A stretch of DNA of 64,000 nucleotides from Squalus acanthias (GCA_030390025.1 JASTWF010000359.1:310001-374000), one strand, 5' to 3'; counted from the stretch's first letter, positions 16,231 to 28,582 are shown. Program-made: numbers and translations. Notes: generated from the sequence alone by a model not told the origin.

Positions 16231-16721
16231 GGTGGGAGGCCTGCTTTTACCAGCATAAGAGTTTCAAAAAAAATGGTAAAAACAAAATGTTTTCACTCAT
16301 TTATAATTAAAAATAAATTTTAAAAAGGTAAGCTTATTTTTGGACCCGTAAAAAACTCATTTATTTTTTAAAAATTACATTTTAATGAGTTTTAAATACG
16401 TGATTTAAAAAAATTCTTTCATTGTTTAACTGTGTTTTTTAAGTGATCCCCATTCATACTTTTGACAAATCCGTGCGTACAGACCTGTCAGAAGTGTGCA
16501 GGGGGATTCCCTTCTTTGATTGGTTCCCCATGGCCCACGTGATCCCAGGGGCGTTTGCGAACCGCCTGCGCCCCGGGATTCCTGGGCCTCTGCGCATTTC
16601 GTAGAGCAGAGGCCCAGGATCGCAAGCCTCAGGACCTGCGGAGCCGGCAGGAAAGTGCGTCAATTTTTTTCCGATCGGAGGCATCCGTCCGCAGGAAGCC
16701 TCCGATCGGAAAACCCGGCCC
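16231..16721. mobile_element. Right-end remnant of a non-autonomous DNA transposon (PIF/Harbinger-type MITE-like)
   Basis: AT-rich body followed by a GC-rich, hairpin-rich subterminal region ending AAAACCCGGCCC (reverse complement GGGCCGGGTTTT), resembling Harbinger-type termini. The left end is not visible. Confidence 0.5.
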
Positions 16722-17534
16722 TTGCAAATATTTTTTTTCATTTTTCTTTGTTACTATACATCTTAATGTAAAAGAACTTCCAACAAAGTGATGACACAGC
16801 AGGTCTCACTAATCAGCGAGCTCCCTCAGCTGACCGCCTGACACCACAGGTTGCACAGAACGTTCTGTGCTGGTGTGATTTCCTGGAAGGATGTGACATG
16901 GGCAATTAACCTCATTTAGATGGTGAACACACTTCCCAGCACTTCCGCAAATGGAAGGGACTGCCACGGAGTTCGTGCTTTCACAGTCAACACTTAATTG
17001 GAACATCTTCAGAGTGAAGGCACCTTTTGTAGTTGAACCTCCAACGGTTTATTGTACCGGGCAAATGTGAGCTTGCTCCCAGTCTGGGGTCAACTGAGGT
17101 CTTAGTTTAGCCTTTGTCCAAGTTTCTTCTTCAGCCTCAGTAGCTCTAGCGCTTTATAACAGCTGACACCTTGGTGACTCCCATGACTATTGCTGCTCCC
17201 TGACTTGCCAACAAAGAACACGCATTCATATCCACTCAACTAGCTCTTAAGGCAGACAGGCATGATCCTCTCAAAGGCTGCGCCCTAGAAACTGCTGTTG
17301 CCAATATTCACTTTCTGGTCCACCCATTTAAAAGAAACAGCTTAACGCCAGCTTTAAAACAGCAGACACAGGGGCATGCCGTTCAGTTCCGGCAATTGTC
17401 CCTTCGTCCTCTGCTATTATCGGCAACAGTCACTCCTTGGCTGGGGCGAGGACCGAAGGAAGAAGCCTTTTTGGCAGAAAGAGCGGGGCTTGAAGCTCCG
17501 GTTCCGCCAGTGACATTGAACCTTTCTTTCACAC

Positions 17535-17905
17535 TGGGGTTACCGACTGTGGTCGGACGTATTCCTGGAGGCTTCATCACATGACCTCCTGCCTCCAGCT
17601 GCCCCGCCGCCATTGCCTGTACAGCATGTCCATCCTCGCGGTGCCCCGCCTACCCACGGCCAATTGGGAAGCGAAGACTCTTCATTAACTGATTGGATGA
17701 TTCTTGTCTGTCAGTCAAACAGCCTTTTTTCCCCCATCTCCAATATTTCTATAGCTAATAAACAGAAATGTTCAAAGAAAATTAGAAAAACACACAATTT
17801 TTTGAACGCCCCGATGACGTTTCTCCCGGGCTGGCAGCCATGTCCAGGAGATTAATCTTCAATTCCTGGAGACTCCAAGCCAATCCCAGAGGGTTGGTGA
17901 CCCCA
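17535..17905. mobile_element. Non-autonomous hAT (Blackjack-like) MITE
   Basis: Imperfect TIRs: left TGGGGTTACCGAC; right GTTGGTGACCCCA (reverse complement TGGGGTCACCAAC). These resemble the AGGGTTGCCA/AGGGTGACCA TIR type. Subterminal ATTCCTGGAG occurs near both ends. No clear 8-bp TSD. Confidence 0.6.
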
Positions 17906-18564
17906 CTCCACCATGATGCAGTATCTCTGATCACAAACAGTCCACAATGCCGTTCCAGCACTGTCATAATGGTGGAACGGAACTTCTGTTGTGCCCCGGA
18001 GAAAAGATCCTGACATTGTTGGGTTTCCTGAGGCCAGGCAATTTGCATCGCCCACGAAACGCAGGGCTGGTCGGTCGCTTAGGCTGAACACTTCAATAGA
18101 TACTTGAAACCGGAGCCTTTATCGAAAGGCTGATCCGACAGGGACCATCTCTGCTTTTTTTTTGGTGTGTTCCATGAAACTGGTTTGAAACACGCTGGTG
18201 GAGGCCCCCTCCACACCCCCACTTCCACCATGTACCTCTAGGCATACAGTACGTTGAGGGCACAGGAAGGTGGCACTCGTGGGAATGCCAGCTGGTGATG
18301 CCACCTCCATTAATAACATCAGCCTGCAAGGGGATGTACACATCAACCTCATTTCCCTGCTGCCACGAGAGATCCAATAAGGAGGAGACCGAGTGTCACT
18401 GGAGCTCACTCCAATTTCCACGCTGTGGTTCTTTGCCAACCCCTGTGAACATCAAATGTTTTCATAAAAAGCTGGCGCCATATAAGCTAAACAAAAAATC
18501 TGAACAAAAAAGCTAAGAGCCTCTTAAAGGGGCCACAGTCCCGCAGTTCATTATTGCCTTTTTC

Positions 18565-18897
18565 CCGGTCTCTGTTGAGTTAGCTGATTTCAGACAGGAT
18601 GGCAGTACAGGCCTCAGGCCTCTTGGGCTACAGGGGTTGGGGGGAGGAGGGCGGGGGAAATCGGCCAGGCTTCCTGCTCCTGATTGTCACCCAGTGACCC
18701 CTGCTGGGAAGAGTGTGGGTGGATGTCGGGTGAGCACAGTATTCGACTCACTGTGTCACGGGTCAGATCACCTTCCGGCCGTCCTGTCTGGGCTCACACG
18801 TGAAGAACGGCCACTTGGGTGAGGTACTAGAGGGCATCTGGTACCCTGGCACCATAACTAGCAAGAGTCCGCACCTTCGGGAGAGGACGGGAGAAAG
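18565..18897 (+). mobile_element. Interspersed SINE-like repeat (unclassified), copy 1
   Basis: Aligns by eye with the reverse complement of ~62870-63095 (TGTTGAGTTAGCTGATTTCAG vs TGTTGACTTCGCTGATCTCAA, G-rich tract, CCAGTGACCCCTGCTGGGAAGAGTGTG vs CTAGTAATCCCTTTGGAGAGTGTATG). Confidence 0.55.
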
Positions 18898-19047
18898 TTG
18901 GCTAACAAAACAGAAAACAAACCTTTGTCAGCTTAAAAGTAAGGAAATGTTATCAAAGAATATAGCAGAATAGGTGAATCCCAAGCAGCATTTCACTGTT
19001 TTGCGAAGAGATTCCCTGGATAGACCAGAATTCCACAAACTGCAGAT

Positions 19048-19170
19048 ACATAGGAACAGGAGGAGGCCATTCAGCCCCTCGAGCCTGTTCCACCATTCTA
19101 TCAAATCATGGTTGATCAGTACCTCAACTCCATTTACCCCCCTTGATACCTTACCCAACAAAAATCTCCG
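19048..19170 (-). mobile_element. CR1/HER1 LINE 3' tail fragment
   Basis: The reverse complement matches the CR1 3' UTR at 22495-22570 (GATCAGCCATGAT...GAATGGCGGAGCAGGCTCGAAGGGC...CTCCTG). Confidence 0.85.
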
Positions 19171-19652
19171 TTCAGATACAAGTGGCCATTTTGGTTAATT
19201 TTCCTGCCCAACAGGTTGAGGATAGTTCTGGCAACATTCCCACGACAGATTCTAAGGCTGGGATTTTTCACCCGAGTATTTTCTCTGGGCGGGAGTTCAC
19301 CCTGCCCCAATGGCCCACCCTCTGACCACGGCCCATTTTCTGGCGTCAGGGTCATTCATGTATTTTAGGTGGGCTCCCAGCAGGATTCGCAGCTCCATCA
19401 GCAAACCTGCCTTGGGACGCGGGACAGGCAATGATTGTGACAGGCCCTGGGTGCGGGGATGCGCTGTTTCCGAGGCAGCTGATGGGGACGGTTTCAATTT
19501 TTTGAAAAAATGTTGAATTTTGTGGAGCTGGGGAGTTGAATCAATTGCATTCAACCTTCTGATGGTCTCATGGATAGTTCTAACTGGAAAAGAGAAGGGG
19601 GGTAAATGGAGTTGAGGTACTGATCAACCATGATTTGATAGAATGGTGGAAC

Positions 19653-20165
19653 AGGTGATATGATTGCTGTTTTCAGGATTCTAAATAGACTAGATAATGT
19701 AGACCTGTCTCACCTTGTCCAGAACAGTGGAACCAGAGGACCCGGCCTGCACTTCAAAACTAATCTGCGGAAACAATATTTCAGTGAGCGAGTGGTCAAT
19801 CGATGCAACAGGCTCCCGAGGGAGACGGTGGGAGCAGTTAGTATTCATTCATTCAAATACAAATCAGACAGATTTCTTTAAGAAAATAATATTTTGGGAC
19901 CCAGTATGAGTAATTCGAGACATGATGTGTGGTGAGTGTAACATGCGCGGGAGGAACAGGTGACTTCGGACCTGTGGTTCCCAAAGCTCTCCACCACTGG
20001 GCTTGTCCTCGCCTGGTGTCTGGGCCTGTTGTAGACTCATTGATAGAGATTGATTGCTGTGATTAGTCAACAACTCTGTTATCATTGTGTCATGTGACTA
20101 CCAGGATGGTAGAAGGCGAACTGGATGGACCTTGATCTTTTGTCATCTAGCAATTCCTGTGTTCC
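19653..20165 (+). mobile_element. 5'-truncated CR1 LINE (ORF2 C-terminus plus 3' UTR)
   Basis: Translates as GDMIAVFRIL...TRG...RKQYFSERVVNRCNRLP...FKYKSDRFL, a typical CR1 ORF2 end. The 3' tail ends TTCCTGTGTTCC. Confidence 0.85.
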
Positions 20166-20230
20166 CTCCGAAGGCCTGGGGTGTGGAGACTTCTGATGTT
20201 AGGAGTCTTCGCCCCCAACCTTGTCTCCCC

Positions 20231-22490
20231 AGTGATGATGTGCAATGAGAAGGGGTTAATTAATAATCTTGTTGTGCGGGGTCCTTTAGGGAAGAGTAAC
20301 CATAACATGATAGAATTCTTCATTAAGATGGAAAGTGAAGAAGTCCAATCCGAAACTAGGGTCCTAAATTTAAACAAAGGAAACTACGAAGGTATGAGGA
20401 GTGAGTTGGCTATGATAGATTGGGGAGCTTTCTTAAATGGCATGACGGTGGATAGGCAATGGCTAACATTTAAGGAACAAATGCATAAATTGCAACAGTT
20501 ATACATTCCTTTCTGGCGCAAAAACACAAAAGGAAAATTGGCCCAACCATGGCTAACAAAAGAAATTAAGGATAGTATTTGATCCAAAGAGGAGTCATAT
20601 AAAGTTGCCAGAAAAAGTAGCAAGCCTGAGGATTGGGAGCAGTTTAGAGTTCAGCAAAAAAGGACCAAGAGATTGATTAAGAGGGGAAAAATAGAGTAAG
20701 AGAGTAAACTTGCAAGGAACATGAAAGCGGATTGTAAAAGCTTCTACAAGTATGTAAAAAGAAAAAGATTAGTGAAGCAAATGTAGGTCCCTTACAGACA
20801 GAAATGGGAGAATTTATAATGGGGCACAAGGAAATGGCAGAGCAATTAAACAAATACTTGGTTCTGTCTTCACGGAAGAGGACACAAATAATTTCCCAGA
20901 GATACTAGGGAACCAAGGGTCTAGTGAGAGGGAGGAATTAAAGGAAATTAGTATTAGTAAAAAAATAGTGCTGGAGAAATTAATGAGACTGAAAGCTGAT
21001 AAATCCCCAGGCCTGATAATCTGCATCCCAGAGTACTAAAAGAGGTAGCCATGGAAATAGTGGATGCATTGGTTGTCATCTTCCAAAATTCTATAGATTA
21101 TGGAACAGTTCCTACAGATTGGAGGGTGGCAAATGTAACCCCACTATTTAAAAAAGGCGGGAGCGAGAAAACAGGGAACTACAGATCGGTTAGCCTAACA
21201 TCAGTAGTAGGGAAAATGCTAGAGTCTATTATAAAGGATGTGATAACAGGACACTTAGAAAATATCAACGGGATTAGACAAAGTCAACATGGATTTATGA
21301 AAGGGAAATCGTGTTTGACAAACCTACTGGAGTTTTTTGAGGATGTAACTGGTAGAATAGATAAGGGAGAACCAGTGGATGTGGTGTATTTGGATTTTCA
21401 GAAGGCCTTTGATAAAGTCCCACTTAAGAGGTTAGTGTGCACAATTAAAGCACATGGGATTGGGGGTAATATACTGGCATGGATTGAAAATTGGTTAACA
21501 GACAGGAAACAGAGAGTAGGAATAAATGGGACTTTTGCGGGGTGGCAGGCGGTGACTAGTGGGGTACCGCAGGGATCAGTGCTTGGGCCCCAGCTATTCA
21601 CAATATATATCAATGATTTGGATGAGGGAACCAAATGTAATATTTCCAAGTTTGCTGACGACACGAAACTAGGTGGGATTGAGAGTTGTGAGGAGGATGC
21701 AAAGAGGCTTCAAGGCGATTTAGACAAGTTGAGTGAGTGGGTAAATACATGGCAGATGCAATATAACGTGGATAAATGTGAAGTTATCCACTTCGGTAGG
21801 AAAAACAGAAAGGCAGAGTATTATTTAAATGATCATAGATTGGGAAATGTTGATGTACAAAGGGACCTGGGTGTCCTTGTACACCAGTCACTGAAAGCAA
21901 ACATGCAGGTGCAGCAAGCAGTTAGGAAGGCAAATGGCATGTTGGCCTTCATTGCAAGAGGATTTGAGTACAGGAGCAAGGATGTCTTACTACAGTTATA
22001 CAGGGCCTTGGTGAGACCACACCTGGAGTACTGTGTGCAGTTTTGGTCTCCTTACCTAAGAAAGGATATACTTGCCATAGAGAGAGTGCAGCGAAGGTTC
22101 ATCAGACTGATTCCTGGGATGGCAGGACTGTCGTATCAGGAGAGATTGGGTCAACTAGGCCTGTATTCACTAGAATTTGGAAGAATGAGAGGGGATCTCA
22201 TTGAAATGTATAACATTCTGACAGGGCTAGACAGATTGGATGCAGGGAGGATGTTTCCCCTGGCTGGGGGGTCTAGAACAAGGGGTCACAGTCTCAGGAT
22301 ACGGGGTAGGACATTTAGGACTGAGATGAGGAGACATTTCTTCACTCAGAGGGTGGTGAACCTGTGGAATTCTCTACCACAGAAGGCTGTGGAGGCCAAG
22401 TCACTGAATATATTTAAGAAGGAGATAGATAGATTTCTAGACACAAAAGGCATCAAGGGGTATGGGGAGAGAGCGGGAATATGGTATTGA
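20231..22490 (+). pseudogene. Disrupted CR1 ORF2; the segment 21051-22490 (479 aa, RT domain) is still open
   Basis: Motifs NYRSVSLTS, QHGF, LDFQKAFD, GVPQGSVLGP, SKFADDT and VVNLWNSLP. Upstream stops at ~20580 (TGA) and ~20697 (TAA), with apparent 1-bp frameshifts near 20778 and 20858. Confidence 0.92.
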
Positions 22491-22588
22491 GATAGAGGAT
22501 CAGCCATGATCCATTGAATGGCGGAGCAGGCTCGAAGGGCCAAATGGCCGACTCCTGCTCCGATTTTTCTATGTTTTCTATGTCCATG
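20231..22588 (+). mobile_element. 5'-truncated CR1 (HER1-like) LINE
   Basis: Endonuclease C-terminal motif (PLGKSNHNMIEF), tether region, RT domain, 3' UTR and a (TTTTCTATG)-type tail. Confidence 0.96.
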
Positions 22589-22869
22589 TTGGGGTCAGGC
22601 AGAGGCTCTACCCCCAACAAACCGAAGTGGAAACCCCTGGTGTGTCTGGGTCGCAGTCTAATTTACAGCTGTTCCAGCTGCTCCAGCGGGATTACACTGG
22701 GACAGTTGTGGATTTTCAGGACCATTGGCTAATCTTAATAGCACTGCTTCCCAACCCTGATCTCACTGTTTGCCAAATCTTATGAAATAATACCACATAT
22801 TTGGTACAGAAGGAGATGCAGCAGTCAGCACAATCCACCATGACACCTTGCGATATCTATTACTGTCCC

Positions 22870-25496
22870 AAACTTTGACACCGTACCCCATGCCAAGCTT
22901 CGACACCGTACCCCATGCCAAGGTTTGACACTGTACCCCATGCCAAGGTTTGATATCGTACCCCATACCAAGGTTTGACACGGTACCCCATGCCAAGGTT
23001 TGACACTGTACCCCATGCCAAGGGTTCGACACGATACCCCATACCAAGGTTTGACACTGTACCCCATGCCAGGGGTTGGCACTGTACTCCATGCCAGGGG
23101 TTGGCACTGTACCCCATGCCAGGGGTTGGCACTGTACCCCATGTCAAGGTTTGACACTGTACCGCATGCCAAGGTTTGACACTGTACCCCATGCCAAGGT
23201 TTGACACTGTACCCCATGCCAAGCTTTGGCACTGTACCCCATGCCAAGGTTTGACACTGTACCCCATGACCAGGTTTGACACTGTACCCCATGCCAAGGT
23301 TTGACACTGTACCACATACCAAGCTTTGACACTGTACCCCATACCAGGGGTTGGCACTGTACCCCATGCCAAGCTTTGACACAGTTCCCGATGCCAAGGT
23401 TTGACACTGTACCCCATACCAAGGTTTGACACTGTACCCCATGCCAAGTTTGACACTGTACCCCATGCCAAGGTTTGACATCGTACCCCATGCCAAGGTT
23501 TGACACTGTACCCCATGCCAAGGTTTGACACTGTACCCCATGCCAAGGTTTGACATCGTACCCCATGCCTAGGTTTGACACTGTACCCCATGCCAAGGTT
23601 TGACACTGTACCCCATGCCAGGGGTTGGCACTGTACTCCATGCCAAGGTTTGACACTGTACCCCATGCCAAGGTTTGACACTGTACTCCATGCCAAGGTT
23701 TGACACCGTACCCCATGCCAAGGTTTGACACCGTACCCCATGCCAGGGGTTGACACCGTACCCCATACCAGGGGTTGGCACTGTACCCCATGCCAAGGGT
23801 TGACACTGTACCCCATGCCAAGGTTTGACACCGTACCCCATACCAAGGTTTGACACTGTACCCCATACCAGGGGTTGGCACTGTACCACATGCCAGGGGT
23901 TGGCACTGTACTCCATGCCAAGGTTTGACACTGTACCCCATGCCAAGGTTTGACACTGTACCCCATGCCAAGGTTTGACATTGTACCCCATACCAAGGTT
24001 TGACACCGTACCCCATGCCAAGGTTTGACACTGTACCCCATGCCAAGGCTTGACACTGTACCCCATGCCAAGGTTTGACATCGTACCCCATACCAAGGTT
24101 TGACACTGTACCCCATGCCAAGGTTTGACCTCGTATCCCATACCAAGGTTTGACACTGTACCCCATGCCAAGGTTTGACACTGTACCCCATGCCAGGGTT
24201 AGGCACGGTACCCCATGCCAAGGGTTGGCACTGTACCCCATGCCAGGGGTTGGCACTGTACTCCATGCCAAGGTTTGACACTGTACTCCATACCAAGGTT
24301 TGACACCATACCCCATACCAAGGTTTGACACTGTACCCCATGCAAAGGTTTGACACTGTACCCCATGCCAAGGCTTGACACTGTACCCCTTACCAGGGGT
24401 TGGCACTGTACCCCATGCCAGGGGTTGGCACTGTACCCCATGCCAGGGGTTGGCACTGTACCCCATGCCAGGGGTTGGCACTGTACCCCATGTCAGGGGT
24501 TGACACTGTACCCCATGCCAGGGGTTGGCACTGTACCCCATGCCAGGGGTTGGCACTGTACCCCATGCCAAGGTTTGACACTTTACCCCACACCAGGGGT
24601 TGGCACTGTACCCCATACCAAAGTTTGACACTGTACCCCATGCCAAGGTTTGACACTGTACCCCATGCCAAGGTTTGACACCGTACCCCATACCAAGGTT
24701 TGACACTGTACCCCATGCCAAGGTTTGACACTGTACCCCATGCCAGGGGTTGGCACTGTACTCCATGCTAAGGTTTGACACTATACTCCATGCCAAGGTT
24801 TGACACCGTACCCCATACGAAGGTTTGACACCGTACCCCATGCCAGGGGTTGACACCATACCCCATACCAGGGGTTGGCACTGTACCCCATGCCAGGGGT
24901 TGACACTGTACCCCATACCAGGGGTTGACACTGTACCCCATACCAAGGTTTGACACTGTACCCCATACCAGGGGTTGGCACTGTACCCCATACCAAGGTT
25001 TGACACTGTACCCCATACCAAGGTTTGACACTGTACCCCATACCAGGGGTTGGCACTGTACCCCATGCCAGGGGTTGGCACTGTACCCCATGCCAAGGTT
25101 TGACACTGTACCCCCTGCCAAGGTTTGACACTGTACCCCATGCCAAGGTTTGACACTGTACCCCATGCCAAGGTTTGACACTGTACCCTCCAGTGCCTGT
25201 ACCCCAGGCAGGTTGGCACTGTACCCCATGCCAAGGGTTGGCACTGTACCCCATGCCAAGGTTTGACACTGTACCCCATGCCAAGGTTTGACACTGTACC
25301 CCATGCCAAGGTTTGACACTGTACCCCATACCAAGGTTTGACACTGTACCCCATACCAGGGGTTGGCACTGTACCCCATGCCAAGCTTTGACACCGTTCC
25401 CCATGCCAAGGTTTGACACTGTACCCCATACCAGGTTTGACACTGTACCCCATGCCAGGGGTTGGCACTGTACCCCATGCCAGGGGTTGGCACTGC
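22870..25496. repeat. 25-bp tandem satellite (B), consensus TGTACCCCATGCCAAGGTTTGACAC, ~105 units
   Basis: Period 25 is directly visible. Two unit types occur (CCAAGGTTTGACAC and CCAGGGGTTGGCAC), with one break at ~25188-25212. Confidence 0.98.
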
Positions 25497-26268
25497 GCGA
25501 CGTTCTACCAGGGCCCTGTGGGCATGTTCCGAAGGCCTTTAGCTATGCTCTGCTTTACTCTTTTCCTGATAATTTTAACTGATCGAGTCTGGAGCCAACA
25601 GAGAGCTTTCCAAACAGGACTTGTTATCACCCATGACATTTACAGAATAAACAGTGAATTTTAAAAGTGCACCAATGTTCAGGCAGAACGGAGCTAAAAA
25701 TGGAGCTGTTTCAATTCAGGGCCATCCTGCCCTTTTGTGGATATATTATTGGTTTAAAATAACAAATGAAAGCTTGGCACAAGGAAGGAAACTGTTTGTA
25801 ATCACAAAAGAAAATCCAGACGCCTTGAAAGTCCCCTTCCTGCAGATCACGTTTGTAATGGGACTGGATGGGGCCAGTTATTGAATGAACTGACCACATC
25901 TAATTGCTTTTTGGAATGATTGTTTGTGAATTTCCATTGCTTCCCGCTCTGGTAAATGAATTATTTTGGAGATGCTGAGCTGGTCAATTTTCTTTGATGC
26001 ATTTTGATTGTGTGACCTTTTTACTTTTTTGGTGTCTCCTATTTCCCCACTCCCACCTCCTCCTCTGGGGAAATATTCTGCCGCGTGTGTAAAGTTTAAT
26101 GAGAAGTCCTTGAGAGTATACTTCAGAGAAAAAGCAGTTCAGTCAGTTTTCTTTCCCCATTGCTGCTAATTTCACTTGTCCTGCAGGCATTGGGTCGAAA
26201 CAATGACTGAAATCAAAATTTGGGACAAAAAGCTTGTTGAAGAGAGTGAAGAATTCATTGAAGACCAA

Positions 26269-27459
26269 GGGGGAGAAATTCGGCATAGCCCCGTTTAGGA
26301 CGCCAAAAATTTGGTGGCGCCCATTTTGGGGTGCTAACATCACCAGGGTGCTAATTTTAGCCTCCCGAAAATGTTAGCGCCCCTTCGCCGTAAATTCAGT
26401 TGTAGCGCCCCAAGCAGAAGGCGGGGTGCGACTGGAAAGCGCTCCACCTCGTACTTGGGGCGCGACAACTGAATTTCACAGCGCCACGCACGGCAGCACG
26501 TAGCGCCATGTCATTGCAGGCCTCCTCCCCAAAATATAAAAGGCCGCTCGACACCTGCCCTTTAAGTAGCGCCACCGCCGCTGCAAGAACGCCCGCTGAT
26601 CCTGTCAGACGTAGCGCTACCGCCGCCACTAACCTCCCACTGAATTTTGCGGGAGGCGTTAGTGGTGCCGCACCCGGGCGCTAGGGGATCTGCGCTAACG
26701 AGAGGTGCAAACCAACCCAACTTTTCCCCCCAAATTAGTGCCAGGCGCTAATCATTCTCGCCTCCCGCGAAATTCAGCTTTAACGCTCCAAGAGGGATGT
26801 GGGGCGCTAAATCAAGCGCTAACCACTTCTCTTAAGGCGCTAAAGTCCGAGAACGGGGCGGTACCAGCAGAGCACTGAACAATTTCGAGCACATTGTAAC
26901 CGGCGCTCTTTCATCACAGAGGCTGCTTCCCTCGCTTACAGGGAGGGGCCAATGATGCTGCACAAGCGAGTTGTCGTCAGTTCTGTTTTGCAAGGCGACC
27001 TGGGCGACTGCCATTACAGCCCCAAATACTGTCACAAAGTGGAGGGCTCGGACATCTCGCACCAATGAAACATTAAAAACTTTGTGCAGATACCCGACTG
27101 TTGCAAATAATGAAGGTTGCGCGAGCTGAAAAGCATTCCCTTTAATTACCGCTCCCGAAGCGGCCAGCCGAGGTCACAGCGCCTCCTCTCGCTGGCGTTG
27201 TCGGCGCGAGGCGATAGAGCAGGGGGGCGAGAGTCAATTCTTCATCCGGGGCGATAACGGGGCGCTGCGCACTTTATGACGTCATGATCTGCGAGGCGCT
27301 AGAAGCCCAGGTGCTAAGTGTTAGCATCAGCGCTAAACCGGCACTGAAGTTTGCGGGCGTCGCTGCATTTGCCGCGCCCAGGCACTAACCCCTTAGTGCC
27401 CCGTTAGTGCCACCGCCAGGCAATAATGGGAGGGGCTAACATACCGAATTCCGGGGCCC
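26269..27459. mobile_element. GC-rich non-autonomous PIF/Harbinger-type element(s), possibly two joined or nested copies
   Basis: Left end GGGGGAGAAATTCGGCATAGCCCC; reverse complement of right end GGGCCCCGGAATTCGGTATGTTAGCCCC. Many GCGCTAA/TTAGCGC subterminal motifs in both orientations. A possible internal end at ~26890. Confidence 0.65.
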
Positions 27460-28582
27460 ATGGCTCCAAAGTTGTTCCGGGCCTGTGGAGAGGTTGGAGT
27501 GATAGTGAGGCGGGACCTCTGCCAGCTCATGAACTGCGCCAATAACCCTGCCGGAGCTTAACGAGAGAAGCGAGCTCGGGGTGAGGAGAGTTGCTGCGAC
27601 AGGGTTTCGAAACTTACAGTAGCAGCAACATCCCTGCTGCTCACCCTTACATTTCGATTGGAATGCAAACTCATCTGTGGTTCTATGGCTGTCTCACCTC
27701 CACCTAGTATCTGTGTTTGGGTCTTTCCTCCTCACGGACAGCACTTTCCAATCCCAACTTCTCGTATTCCAGGCTCCTTTCTAGTACTTGTTCTCTCTGT
27801 CTGATGGACAGTGTGTGGAAAGCGTTGCCAGAACCTGCTGCACAAGCAGTCGACCAGCCAGCCAGCAAACTCCACAAGCTTGCTGGCTCGATGTTGTACC
27901 TCTGTCTGGGTGGTGAAGACCCATTCTTAGCATCTTTCCTCTTCCTCTGCAGATCAATCAGTGCCAGAAACATTTGCCCAGGAGTAAAGGTGGTGCAGAT
28001 GGGGAATTTTCGCTGGGAGATTTACAGAGCGCGAGGGAGCCCAAAGCCGGGGAGTGGAAGAGGACATGGCTGTTGTCCAGCAGAGGCTGTGGAGACGGCT
28101 GCCCTTGGCTAAAGAGTCAGCAGACTCAGATCTCTTGGGTCCTGCTCTGAATAGAAGGAAGCTTGATGAGCATCACACCGAAGTGCAAGCAATGACATCC
28201 ATTTCTCAGGATGTGCAGCAGATGGCAGGGGTCCCTCAAAGGCAGAAATATCAGGGATGCATTTTCCTCACTGCAGACAACAATGGAGCATGTGGCAGCT
28301 TCATTGGAGATTGCGGCCATCCCGTTCCTGCAGGAGTGACCCAGGACAAGTCAGTGTGTCCTCATTGGCGACACAGACTGCAACCCTTCCTGCTCTGGAG
28401 GATAGGCCTGAGAGAACACTGTCTTCTGGCTTTCATTTGGGGCACGGTTCTCAGGAATGTGTCCCCAAGACCAATCATTAAAGACCTGTTGATGCATCAA
28501 TAGGCTGTTCAATTCAATCACTCCTTAGTTTTAAAGATACTGATATGATTGGTTTATGAGACCCAAAGACAGATTACCTAGA

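Noticed and set aside
17383..18516. Short ORFs in both strands
   Set aside because: They overlap a MITE, show no domain motifs and have no coherent splice structure.
19256..19500. Possible further MITE fragment (GGCTGGGATTTT...)
   Set aside because: Only one putative terminus and no partner TIR, so it is not supportable.
21051..22490. Active retrotransposon or functional RT gene
   Set aside because: The element is 5'-truncated, with stops and frameshifts upstream, no ORF1 and no complete endonuclease.
22763..25493. Long minus-strand ORFs (up to 774 aa) with WHGVQCQTLAWGTVSNLGMGYSVKP repeats
   Set aside because: Artefact of a 25-bp unit lacking stop codons on that strand. All three frames give the same peptide, and 1-bp indels are tolerated.
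27704..28503. ORFs of 89-149 aa as host exons
   Set aside because: No recognisable domain. The minus frame is closed by a stop at ~28021. Part of the plus frame (RRKLDEHHTEVQAM) only vaguely recalls decayed Harbinger Myb-protein sequence, which is too weak to call.
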